24,000 nt of DNA from an uncultured Alphaproteobacteria bacterium (GCA_963839435.1 CAWIVD010000030.1:1-24000), one strand, 5' to 3'. Numbered from the stretch's first letter, positions 1 through 8,499 are shown. Translations and numbers: made by a program. The notes: generated by a model from the letters alone, not told the origin.

Positions 1-822
1 GCCGGAGGGTCATGCGGGCCGCAGCCGAAAACCTGACGCCGGTCACGCTCGAACTCGGCGGAAAGTCGCCCGCGATCATTGGCGGCGACGCCATGCTGGC
101 TACCGCCGCAGAGAGCATCGTGTCCGGCAAGCTGCTTAATGCGGGCCAGACGTGCATCGCGCCCGATTACATCCTCGTTCCTGAGGAACTCCTGGAAAAC
201 CTCGTCGGCCTGATCCGGCAACGTCAACAAACTTTATCCCTCTCTCAAAGCGAACCCCGACTACACCTCGATCATCAACGCACGCCACCACGCGCGCGTT
301 ACGCGGTATATTGAGGAAGCCCGGCAGCACGGAACGCGCGTTATCGAGATCAATCCCGCCGACAAGACGCTCTCGCCGCAGGAACGCAAAATCGCCCCCA
401 CGCTTTTGATTGACCCCGCCGACGATCTCGCTGTGATGCGCGAGGAGATTTTCGGCCCCGTTTTGCCGATCAGGTCCTATCGCGCGCTCGATGAGGCCAT
501 CGATTACGTGAACAGGCGGCCGCGACCGCTGGCCCTCTATTATTTCGGCCAGGATAAGGGCGACCGTGACAAGGTCCTGGAAAGGACAACCTCCGGCGGG
601 GCTTCAATCAACGAGACGCTGATGCATGTGGTGGTCGGGAACCTGCCCTTCGGCGGCATCGGGCCGTCCGGCATGGGCGCTTACCACGGCGAATATGGGT
701 TCCAGACTTTCTCGCATCGCAAAGGCGTGTTTCTGCAAAGCCGCTATAACGCTGCACGCCTCATGCGGCCGCCTTACGGCAAGGTCGCCAACGCCATGAA
801 GAAGATTCTCCTCAGCAGGTGA
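1..822 (+). pseudogene. Aldehyde dehydrogenase family protein (coniferyl-aldehyde-DH-like), 5' partial at window edge, interrupted by a frameshift near 220-224
   Basis: ORF 12..314 carries the catalytic motifs 'LELGGKSP' and '[11 protein letters not shown]'. Frame +1 is open from 214 and reads '[45 protein letters not shown]...', running into ORF 406..822 ('EEIFGPVLPI', 'LPFGGIGPSGMGAYHG'). The original frame stops at 312-314. The two halves join colinearly only with a 1-nt shift at about 222. Confidence 0.75.
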
Positions 823-910
823 GGAAGGGCAGTATAAAGACATCAAGGTGGCGTGAACTCCCACTTCAACACGACGTCAAACGAGCAGGAGCACACAGGG
901 CAAGCGCGGT

Positions 911-1650
911 TCAAACGGCTCCCGGGCCGCCATAGGATGTCGCCACGCTCGGCCCTGATATCAACCTTTTTGCATCGCTCATCGCGTCGACGGTGCGGTA
1001 GACCTGCCCGAGCCGCGGGTTGCGTCCGAGTTTCTGGCGGTTCGCGAATAAGGAAATCCCAAAAAAGGTAATTGAAAGAGCATGCCTTCGGCACTGTGCG
1101 CTGCTTCACATCGCGCGCGCGGCCTTTGCGGTAATCCGACATCTTGTTGAGTGCCGCTTGCGGCATAGCGCTTGGAGCCAAGCGAGCCGCCGTCGCCGAA
1201 GAGCGGACATGCCGAGCGTGTTCGGCAGTTCCACCCAACGCGCTCCTTCATAGGCGTCGGCATAAAACAGCGAGATACTATTCGCGGGCTGCGAAAGGGT
1301 CGGCGGGCCCTAGATGTGGTGGGCGCAAACCTCCTCTCGCGTCTGCGCGACGCAGGCCCGCATGAAAGCCAGTCCGTTTTCGCGCCCGAGTGGAAATCGC
1401 GCAAATGCCGCCTGCTTCGAGAAAGCTAAGCCTGTCGTAGCCCGGCATCATCAGCCAATAGATGCGCGGACATATTCGCGCCAGCCGATCGTGCGCCGCA
1501 TCTCGCGATAAAAAATTCCATTCAGTGTTGTTTTCTGTTTGCCGCCTGCGACTCGACCATGAACACTACGGTGTCGCCTACGGAGCGGGCGTTTAGGCTT
1601 GGAAGCGACCGCGAAAGCTGGTAGCCAGCGATAAGAACGAGGTTTTTCAT
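911..1650 (-). pseudogene. Relic of an Fe-S bacterial cryptochrome/(6-4) photolyase (PhrB/CryB-type, COG3046), with large internal deletion(s) and several frameshifts
   Basis: My minus-strand translation, spread over three frames: 'MKNLVLIAGYQLSRSLPSLNARSVGDTVVFMVESQAANRKQH*' (start 1650), then 'MEFF(Y)REMRRTIGWREYVR', 'IYWLMMPGY', 'AHHI', 'WVELPNTLGMS', 'LFGDGGSLGSKRYAASG', 'LNKMSDYRKGRARDVKQRTVPKACSFNYLFWDFLIR', 'NRQKLGRNPRLGQVYRTVDAMS...' (stop 911-913). The order matches the motif order I remember for PhrB-like proteins, but about 740 bp remain of a gene that is about 1.5 kb. Confidence 0.7.
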
Positions 1651-1744
1651 TCAGTGGGCGCGGCGCGTCCCTTGGATCGGCGGGATGCTGCGGTGCCCGC
1701 GGATCAGGCGTCGAAAGGTGGGGCGATCCTGCAGTCGATCTAAT

Positions 1745-1915
1745 TTAGAAACCGGTGCAAGCCAACGAAGCCACGATCCCGCTCAGGCCGCTGCCCTCGA
1801 TACCGGACGCGGTCATTTTCGGTGAAATGAGGGTCATGAGAGCACAGGCGCCGATTGCGCCCCAAAGCACGGCCAACGCCAAGTTTTCACGCGATACTTT
1901 CACGATGGCACCCAT
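1745..1915 (-). CDS. Hypothetical 56-aa small hydrophobic protein (below the ORF-track cutoff)
   Basis: ATG 1915 to TAA 1745: 'MGAIVKVSRENLALAVLWGAIGACALMTLISPKMTASGIEGSGLSGIVASLACTGF'. One clear hydrophobic segment and G/C-biased third codon positions. There is no convincing SD, and an equally long antisense ORF (1755..1985) exists. Confidence 0.25.
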   Translation of the reverse strand: MGAIVKVSRENLALAVLWGAIGACALMTLISPKMTASGIEGSGLSGIVASLACTGF

Positions 1916-1970
1916 GGTTGAGGTTGCGCCGCTAGTGAGCCTCGCTGATGGGTTCTACGCAACCTCAACC
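1916..1970. other. Perfect 13-bp inverted repeat (GGTTGAGGTTGCG ... CGCAACCTCAACC) with a 29-nt loop
   Basis: Arms at 1916-1928 and 1958-1970 are exact reverse complements. On the minus strand the 3' arm abuts the ATG of the 56-aa ORF. Confidence 0.6.
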
Positions 1971-2120
1971 TGCATTTACGCTTAAAGGATTGTAATTTAT
2001 GCTTCTCGGCAACTTTTGATTGTGGTATTCTAAGGTTGCGCTTACTCAAGGCGCATCACTTGCCCCACCCGTCTTACGTTCGTAAGGCTCCAGCCTCATC
2101 AGTGAACCAAGTAACCTGAG

Positions 2121-2871
2121 ATGGACCCCCATCCCATGGATGTGAATCTTATTGTCATAGCAGTCAGTGGTCTATTTTTCGCCGGCATCATCAAGGGCGC
2201 AACCGGAATTGGATATTCGTCGTGCGCTCTGCCCTTCCTCGTCGCATCTCTTGGGTTGAAGGAAGCCATCGTCCTCGTCGTCGCCCCGGCGATGGCGAGC
2301 AACGTAGCAGTCCTTTTCACAACCGGTTCCTTGAGCCGCAGTTTGCGGAAGTTCTGGCCGCTCTATGTGGCTACCCTTCCGGGCATCCTTTGTGGCGTTT
2401 TTCTGCTGATTTGGGCGGACAAGCACATTCCAACCCAGGTTCTTGGTGTCATCATTTGTGCTTACGCGATTTCAGGCGTTGCTGCGGCCCAACCTTTCGA
2501 TTTCGCCGAAACTGGCAAGGGCCGCGCAGATCCCGGTGGGATTTTTGAACGGGCTACTTACGGGCTTCACCGGTTCGCAAGTTATGCCCTTGATGCCCTA
2601 CATGCTCGCCCTCAACCTGGAGCCGACTCTTTTCGTTCAGGCGGTGAACATCGCTGTCGTGATCGCATCAGTCTTTTTGGGCTTTGGGCTCTGGCTAGCG
2701 GACTTGATGTCAGCGCCGGAATTGAGCTTGTCCGTCCTGGCAATCGCCCCAGCGCTACTCGGGGTACACCTCGGAAACTGGGCAAGACGCCATATACCGG
2801 CTTCGCAGTTCAAGTCTATCGTGCTAGGGGTCCTTCTCCTGATCGGCTTTTCGCTCGCGCTCCGAGCGTGA
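2121..2871 (+). pseudogene. TauE/SafE (DUF81) family anion-exporter membrane protein, frameshifted near 2469-2473
   Basis: The N-terminal half in frame of 2121 ('...AGIIKGATGIGYSSCALPFLV...LGVIICAYAI') continues colinearly in the frame of ORF 2443..2871 ('ALLRPNLSISPKLARAAQIPVGFLNGLLTGFTGSQVMPLMPYMLAL...'). Both halves are multi-TM and Gly-rich, as in the DUF81 family. The original frame runs on as non-membrane-like sequence to 2936. Confidence 0.7.
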
Positions 2872-2919
2872 GCGGGGCCTTAGCCGGAGGCGTGGCATAT
2901 GAACAGAAGAGCAATCACC

Positions 2920-3246
2920 TTATACGAACGCCATAGTCACGACGTCGCCGTCCGCGGTAGCGAGCACAACTGGAGAGTAGTCCGCAGGAGTTTCACCCGC
3001 AGCCTCACGCCGAGCGGTGCGTGAACCTCTCACTTCACACCACTCCCATAAAGCAAATGCGCTTGCCATCCCAAATATCCAGTGTGAGAGTTGCGGGCAT
3101 TTCCGCGAGGTTCCCGCCCGCGTCTTGCAGTTCCGGAACCGCTTATGCTTCCTCATCGCCCAGGCAACCAGCGATTTGTTGATAACTCCAAAGCCGAAGG
3201 TTGGAGCCGCCCGTAATACGCAATCTTTGAACGCGCGGGTCGACAA
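2920..3246 (-). pseudogene. C-terminal remnant of a group II intron-type reverse transcriptase/maturase
   Basis: '...LVAWAMRKHKRFRNCKTRAGTSRKCPQLSHWIFG...' resembles the conserved maturase tail (…W..RKyKRl…a..wl…P.LF.HW…) as I remember it. No RT domain, domain V/VI or intact intron is detectable around it. Confidence 0.45.
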
Positions 3247-3320
3247 GCACGATCAGCAAGGTGATGAGTCCGCTCGACCGCCTTTCGCTGATTGAGAAGC
3301 GGAGCGATCCGCCAGCCTAA
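3231..3320 (+). pseudogene. Extreme C-terminal tail of a tyrosine recombinase/integrase (about 29 codons)
   Basis: The frame is open only from 3231: 'TRGSTSTISKVMSPLDRLSLIEKRSDPPA*'. The '...SPLDRL' ending is typical of integrases found immediately upstream of IS91-family transposases. It sits 12 nt upstream of the IS91 fragment. Confidence 0.35.
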
Positions 3321-3332
3321 CCGCCAGCGCCC

Positions 3333-3541
3333 ATGCCGCGTCCCGCGCTTGAGGCTGCGGACATCTTCCGCAGCCACGGGGATGGCTGGCGAAAGGCCAA
3401 CGCCGGACATCTGAGCCTCGGGCAGTTGAACGCAATGGCCGCCATCGAAGCCTGTCGCACGGCGGAGCTTGGGGGGCATGTCGCGCGCTGCGAAGACTGC
3501 GCTCATACCGTCGTCAGCTGCAACTTCTACGGCAACCGGCA
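3333..3541 (+). mobile_element. IS91-family (Y2/rolling-circle) transposase, N-terminal zinc-binding fragment only
   Basis: 'MPRPALEAADIFRSHGDGWRKANAGHLSLGQLNAMAAIEACRTAELGGHVARCEDCAHTVVSCNFYGNRH' matches the conserved IS91 N-terminus. Similarity ends abruptly at about 3541 at an AT-rich junction ('ttaatatatt'), and the catalytic domain is absent. Confidence 0.7.
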
Positions 3542-3618
3542 CGTTAATATATTTCCGCCTCGCCTGTTAATCATTCGCGCGCCTTTCGCAGCCCGCCGCG
3601 GAGGCACGCCCTCTCTGG

Positions 3619-3990
3619 TCAGGCCGTCACTCCTTCTTGTACGGGCTGGATTTCCACGCTCGTGCCGCAGCCGCAGGCGCTTGTCTGGTTGGGATTGTTG
3701 AAGACGAAGCCGGATGTCAGCTTGTCGGTCTTGAAGTCCATTTCCGTGCCGAGCAGGTACAGGATAGCAGACGGCTCGATGAGGATGCGGACACCCCTGT
3801 CCTCGACGACCTCATCGGTTGGGCGCACATCAGCGGCATACTCCATTGTGTATTCCAGCCCTGCGCAGCCGCCCTTCTTCACGCCAACGCGCAAGCCCAC
3901 AATGGACGTGTCGAACCGGGCCATGATTGCCTTCACGCGCTCGGCCGCTGCATCTGTCAGTGTTAAAACCTTAGATCTCGCCCTTGTCAC
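3619..3990 (-). CDS. sufA: Fe-S cluster assembly scaffold/carrier, HesB/IscA/SufA family
   Basis: 123 aa with 'GGCAGLEY' and the C-terminal 'CGCG' motif. It is the last gene of the suf operon. Confidence 0.85.
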   Translation of the reverse strand: MTRARSKVLTLTDAAAERVKAIMARFDTSIVGLRVGVKKGGCAGLEYTMEYAADVRPTDEVVEDRGVRILIEPSAILYLLGTEMDFKTDKLTSGFVFNNPNQTSACGCGTSVEIQPVQEGVTA

Positions 3991-4031
3991 CCCTGCCTTC
4001 CTTTCCCACCGCCGTTACCTGGACCTCCGGA

Positions 4032-4493
4032 TCAGAACATATTCAACGCCACGCGCGCCTCATCCGACATGCGGCTCGGATCCCAAGGCGGGTTGAACAC
4101 GATCTGCACGCGAACCAAGCCTACACCCTCCACCGTGCCAACGGCATTCTCCACCCAGGCCGGCATCTCGCCAGCAACCGGACATCCCGGTGCTGTCAGC
4201 GTCATCTCGACGTCCACTTCCCGGTCATCGTTGATATCGATCCTGTAAATGAGCCCAAGCTCATAAATATCAACGGGGATCTCGGGATCGTAGACGGTTT
4301 TCAAGGCAGCAATAATCCCGTGCGTGATGCGCTCGATCTCCTCCTCAGCAATCGGGTGTTCCTTGAATTCCTTGGCAACTTCAACCGTATGCGCGCAGGG
4401 CTGCGGCAATTCCTTGTGCGCGGGCAACTCCTGCTGATCATCCCACGGCGCGTGCTCGATGGGGGTTTTTCTGTCTTGCATGGTTTCGGTCAT
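4032..4493 (-). CDS. sufT: SUF-system Fe-S assembly protein, DUF59 (SufT/PaaD-like)
   Basis: 'VYDPEIPVDIYELGLIY...TLTAPGCPVAGEM' is the DUF59 signature. Start chosen at 'MTETMQ' (4493), which forms an ATGA overlap with the sufS stop (4490-4492). Confidence 0.8.
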   Translation of the reverse strand: MTETMQDRKTPIEHAPWDDQQELPAHKELPQPCAHTVEVAKEFKEHPIAEEEIERITHGIIAALKTVYDPEIPVDIYELGLIYRIDINDDREVDVEMTLTAPGCPVAGEMPAWVENAVGTVEGVGLVRVQIVFNPPWDPSRMSDEARVALNMF

Positions 4494-5740
4494 CTGAAAA
4501 AACGCTCCGCTTTCTGAAGTCCTTCCGCGAGCGCCTCGACCTCGGCGCGCGTATTGTAAAGGCCAAACGAGGCCCGGCAGGTCGATGTCAGGCCGAAGCG
4601 CGCGAGAAGCGGCTCGGCGCAATGGGACCCGGCCCGGACGGCTATCCCTGCGCGGTCCAGGATGGTGGCAACGTCGTGGGCATGCGCGCCTTCCATCGCA
4701 AACGAGACGATCGCGCCCTTCTCCGCCGCATTACCGATGAAGCGCAGCGAATTGATCGGTTTCAAAAGCTCCTCCGCATAGCGTCTTAGATCGGTTTCAT
4801 GTGCGCGAATGCGATCCTTGCCGATGCTGTCCATGTAATCCAGCGCGGCGGTAAGCGCGGCCGCTTCGGCGATTGGCGGCGTTCCGGCTTCAAAGCGATA
4901 GGGCGGATCGTTGTAGCGCACAGTGTCGCAAGTCACGGTCTCGATCATCTCGCCGCCGCCCTGATACGGGGGCATGGCGTCGAGATGCTCTCGCTTGCCG
5001 TAGAGCGCACCGATGCCGCTCGGGCCATAGACCTTGTGGCCGGTCATGGCGTAGAAGTCGCAGTCGATGTCCTGCACGTCGATGGGAAGATGAACCGCGC
5101 CCTGGCTGCCGTCCACGAGCACATAAGCGCCGTGAGCGTGGGCGATCTTGCAGACCTCCTTCACCGGCGTGATCGTGCCGAGCACATTCGACATATGCGT
5201 AATCGCGACCATCTTGGTGCGAGGCGTGATCGCGGCCTCAAAGTCCTCAATCCGGAACTCGCCTTCGTCCGTCACCGGCACCCACTTAATGACCGCCCCG
5301 CGCCGCTCACGGTGGAAGTGCCAGGGCACGATGTTCGAATGGTGCTCCATGATGGTGAGCACGATCTCGTCGCCGGGGCCGATATGGAGCCCACCGAAGG
5401 ATTGCGCCACGAGGTTGATCGCCTCGGTTGCGTTCTTGGTGAAGATGATCTGCTCGTGGCTCGGCGCGTTCAGGAACTTGGCCACGCGCTCGCGCCCGCC
5501 CTCATAGGCGGCTGTCGCTGCATTGGCGAGATAATGAAGCCCACGATGAACGTTCGCGTATTCTTCCGCATAAGACTTCATGAGCGCGTCGAGCATCGCT
5601 TTCGGTTTCTGCGCGCTTGCCGCGTTGTCGAGATACACGAGCGGGTTTCCATGAACCTTGAGCGATAGTGCCGGGAAATCCCGCCGGATTGCGTCCACGT
5701 CGTAAGGTCTCGCGGCGATGTCCTTTTCTATCAACGTCAT
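4490..5740 (-). CDS. sufS: Cysteine desulfurase, SufS type (class II)
   Basis: 416 aa with 'HHSNIVPW', PLP-Lys context 'MTGHKVYGPSGIGALYG' and catalytic-Cys context 'RAGSHCAEPL'. Confidence 0.9.
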   Translation of the reverse strand: MTLIEKDIAARPYDVDAIRRDFPALSLKVHGNPLVYLDNAASAQKPKAMLDALMKSYAEEYANVHRGLHYLANAATAAYEGGRERVAKFLNAPSHEQIIFTKNATEAINLVAQSFGGLHIGPGDEIVLTIMEHHSNIVPWHFHRERRGAVIKWVPVTDEGEFRIEDFEAAITPRTKMVAITHMSNVLGTITPVKEVCKIAHAHGAYVLVDGSQGAVHLPIDVQDIDCDFYAMTGHKVYGPSGIGALYGKREHLDAMPPYQGGGEMIETVTCDTVRYNDPPYRFEAGTPPIAEAAALTAALDYMDSIGKDRIRAHETDLRRYAEELLKPINSLRFIGNAAEKGAIVSFAMEGAHAHDVATILDRAGIAVRAGSHCAEPLLARFGLTSTCRASFGLYNTRAEVEALAEGLQKAERFFR

Positions 5741-5758
5741 CGACGTGTTCCTTTCGAC

Positions 5759-7115
5759 TTATAGTGCCGGGTTAAGCGTGACAGGGCCGTCGGGAAGCCA
5801 TGCCGCGATCTTTTCATCGAGCGCGGCCCGTAAAGCCTCGTTGTCGATCTTGTCGAGCGCTTCCCCGACAAAGGCCGCGATAAGGAGCGAGCGCGCCTCT
5901 GGCTCAGGGATACCGCGCGCGCGTAGATAAAACAGCATGTCGTCATCGAGTTGGCCCGCGGTTGAACCGTGGCCGCAGACGACATCGTCCGCGAAGATTT
6001 CAAGCTCCGGTTTTGAATCGAACTCCGCATCATCGGACAGAAGCAAAGCGTTCGCCATCTGCTTGCCGTCGGTTTTCTGCGCGCCTCGCTGGACGATGAC
6101 CTTGCCCTGGAAGATGCCGCGCGACCGTCCATCCAGCACGGCCTTCACCAGCTCCCGGCTTTCGCAACCGGGCGCGGCGTGATCGACGACAAGCGTGAAA
6201 TCGGCGTGCGAATGCACCCGCTGAAGCATGGCACCGGCGTAATGGCAGCGCGCGTTCGGCCCCTCGAAGCGGATAGATGCTTCTGCGCGCAGGAGCGCCA
6301 CGTCGACCGCCATTTGCAACGGCTCGTAATGGGCGCCTTCAGCCAATGTAACGACCGCTGAGGCCAAATGCGTGGAATCCTTCCCGGCAGCCAGCCTCAC
6401 ATGCTTCAACGATGCGCCCGCATGCGATGGCAAGGCGCGTGTGCGAAATGGCCTGTGATTGATGCGAGCCGTGCGTTTCGATGAGCGAAACATCCGCCTC
6501 CTCGCCGATGTTGATCTCGTGCTGGAGGGCATATAAGGCGTGCTTTTCATCCGTCGATATGAAGATCATATGGATTGGTTTTTCGAGCCGAGTTTTCGGC
6601 GAAACGGCGAGGATTGCTCCATCGGTCGCGAGCGCGGTGCTGAGCGCTGCGATGACGTCGCGCTGCGGGAGAGTAAACTTCGCGGTCGCCTGGGCGGAAG
6701 CGCCATCATCCTCCAGCACCTGATGCAGCGGCACGAAGGTGACGCCATGCGCGTCGTGGATGGTGGACAGATCCGGACGAAATCGCCCGCCGACGAATAC
6801 CGCCCGATAAGCGTCCAGTTGAGCAAGCGATTTGCCGATTGCCGCCTCGACGCTGACATCCGGAACCCTTAAATCGAGGCCGCCAAGCGGATGGACTTCC
6901 GGCATAAGCGCGCGGAGATCGGTGTATTTCCATTCCTCCACGCGGCGATGGGGAACCCCCAGAATAATGAATGCGTCGCGGGCGGCGTCTCTCCAGGCGC
7001 GGACGGCGGCCGATCCCGCTCCGGGCAGCTTCCCGGAAACGCCCGCGTAGAGATCGAGAAATCGCTGCTCAGCAGGCGTTACGGCAGGCCGGATTGTGGT
7101 CTGGTGGATCGTCAT
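5759..7115 (-). pseudogene. sufD: Fe-S cluster assembly protein SufD, split by a 1-nt frameshift at 6416-6419
   Basis: N-terminal ORF 6339..7115 and C-terminal ORF 5759..6550 overlap. '...SHTRLAIACG' (N frame) joins '(A)SLKHVRLAAGKDSTHLASAVVTL...' (C frame) if one base is removed from the run 'gccc' (minus-strand 'gggc'). The C-terminal half has the typical SufB/D beta-helix motifs ('ANALLLSDDAEFDSKPELEIFADDVVCGHGST'). Confidence 0.8.
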
Positions 7116-7124
7116 CGCTGCCCC

Positions 7125-7874
7125 TTAAGCCGCTTCCGTGCGATAAGCCGCATAGCCGGTCTCTTCCAGCTCAAGGGCAAGCTCCTTGCCGCCCGAATGG
7201 AGAATTTGCCCGCGCGCCATGACGTGCACCACATCGGGCACGATATAGTTCAAAAGCCGCTGATAGTGCGTAATGACGACCATTGCCCGGTCCGACGAAC
7301 GCAGGCGGTTCACCCCATCGGCGGCAATGCGGATGGCGTCGATGTCGAGGCCAGAGTCCGTCTCGTCCAGAATGCAGAGCGTGGGCTGCAACAGCGCCAT
7401 CTGGAGCACTTCGTGACGTTTCTTCTCGCCGCCGGAGTACCCGGTGTTCACAGGCCGCTTCAGCATATCCATGGACATGCAGAGCTTCTCCGCCTCGGCG
7501 CGGACCGTCCGCATGTAATCGGGGATCGAAATCTCGCCCTTGCCGTTCGCCTTCCGCTGCGCATTCATGGCGGCGCGCAGAAATGTCAGCGAGGCGACCC
7601 CCGGAATTTCCATAGGATATTGGAAGGCGAGAAACACGCCTGCATGGGAGCGTTCGTCCGGGGACATGGCCAGAAGATCCTTGCCGTCCCAGGTGATCGA
7701 GCCCCCAGTCACCTCATAATCGTCCTTGCCCGAAAGCACATAGGCGAGCGTGGATTTGCCGGAGCCGTTCGGCCCCATGATCGCATGAACTTCACCCTTC
7801 GGCACAGTCAGATTGAAGCCGCGCAAGATCTCCTTGCCGTCGATTTCCGCATGCAGATCTTTAATTTCGAGCAT
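7125..7874 (-). CDS. sufC: Fe-S cluster assembly ATPase SufC
   Basis: Start at 'MLEIKDLHAEIDGKEILRG'. Walker A 'GPNGSGKST', ABC signature 'YSGGEKKR', Walker B 'LCILDETDSGLD'. Confidence 0.9.
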   Translation of the reverse strand: MLEIKDLHAEIDGKEILRGFNLTVPKGEVHAIMGPNGSGKSTLAYVLSGKDDYEVTGGSITWDGKDLLAMSPDERSHAGVFLAFQYPMEIPGVASLTFLRAAMNAQRKANGKGEISIPDYMRTVRAEAEKLCMSMDMLKRPVNTGYSGGEKKRHEVLQMALLQPTLCILDETDSGLDIDAIRIAADGVNRLRSSDRAMVVITHYQRLLNYIVPDVVHVMARGQILHSGGKELALELEETGYAAYRTEAA

Positions 7875-7881
7875 GTTTTCT

Positions 7882-8148
7882 CTACTTCCCAAGGTCATCG
7901 GAACCCCAGCGCCATCGCCAGGCCCCATTCGTTTTCTTCCAGGCAATCCAAATAAACGCGAACTCGAGAGCGACAAAAGCGACGGACCAAACAATGACGG
8001 CTTCGACGGTCAACTCACTTCGATAAGCCACAATTCCCCCGAGAAAGGCGTAGGCGATGACAATGAAGCCAAGCGTCGCGAGCCAACCCCTCCAGTTTGC
8101 AGGGCTCGCGCCCCAGCCATATCGCTTCGGCTTGAACCAATACGTCAT
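7882..8148 (-). CDS. Hypothetical 88-aa two-TM membrane protein
   Basis: 'MTYWFKPKRYGWGASPANWRGWLATLGFIVIAYAFLGG...VWSVAFVALEFAFIWIAW'. Its ATG forms an ATGA overlap with the stop of the upstream DUF4267 gene (8145-8148). Its TAG lies 7 nt before the sufC ATG. Confidence 0.5.
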   Translation of the reverse strand: MTYWFKPKRYGWGASPANWRGWLATLGFIVIAYAFLGGIVAYRSELTVEAVIVWSVAFVALEFAFIWIAWKKTNGAWRWRWGSDDLGK

Positions 8149-8498
8149 TTGCGCACCAGGACCAGACCGAGGATGACCAGGAACGGCAGCGCTATCAGAT
8201 GCCGAGCGGCAGCAGCATAGCCAAACGCCTTCGCAGCGATGGCGTAGTCGCCGATGGGCACGATCGACGTGATGAGCAGCGTCGCGCCCGTTGCGCCAGG
8301 CTTCCGTGCGAATGCGAAGCCGATGATGATCAGCCCTAGCGCGATGTCCCGAACGCCGATGCCTGGAGCCAGCGCGATATCGGCGAGATGCGAGGGATCG
8401 ACCCCGAACGCTTGTACGGCGTTGAACGGCGACGTGATGAACCACACGCCGGCGAGGCTGATGAACACTCCCAATAATCCCGCCAGGATCAGTGCCAT
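8145..8498 (-). CDS. DUF4267-like small membrane protein (117 aa, 4 predicted TM)
   Basis: The pattern 'GVRDIALGLIIIGF...IVPIGDYAIA' resembles DUF4267 as I remember it. An SD-like 'GAGGGG' precedes the ATG, which lies 1 nt after the DUF559 stop. Confidence 0.55.
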   Translation of the reverse strand: MALILAGLLGVFISLAGVWFITSPFNAVQAFGVDPSHLADIALAPGIGVRDIALGLIIIGFAFARKPGATGATLLITSIVPIGDYAIAAKAFGYAAAARHLIALPFLVILGLVLVRK

Positions 8499-8499
8499 A

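Noticed and set aside
843-1511. Tangle of 7 overlapping 65-141-aa ORFs on both strands
   Set aside because: It is better explained as the out-of-frame pieces of one decayed minus-strand photolyase/cryptochrome gene. None of the individual ORFs is a credible protein.
2850-2960. Search for group II intron domain V/VI downstream of the maturase-like fragment
   Set aside because: I found no AGC...GNRA 34-nt domain-V-like hairpin or bulged-A domain VI. The fragment is a remnant, not an intact intron.
3153-3542. 129-aa minus-strand ORF
   Set aside because: It is antisense to the IS91 transposase N-terminal fragment and the integrase tail, and has no motifs.
6891-7955. 354-aa plus-strand ORF, and similar long ORFs antisense to sufS (4799..5668), sufB (9623..10477), nifS (11332..12018), rnr (15761..16792, 16976..17800) and topA (18302..19699, 19766..20536)
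   Set aside because: All lie opposite genes with unambiguous conserved motifs. They have the Arg/Ala/Gly/Pro-rich composition typical of high-GC shadow frames.
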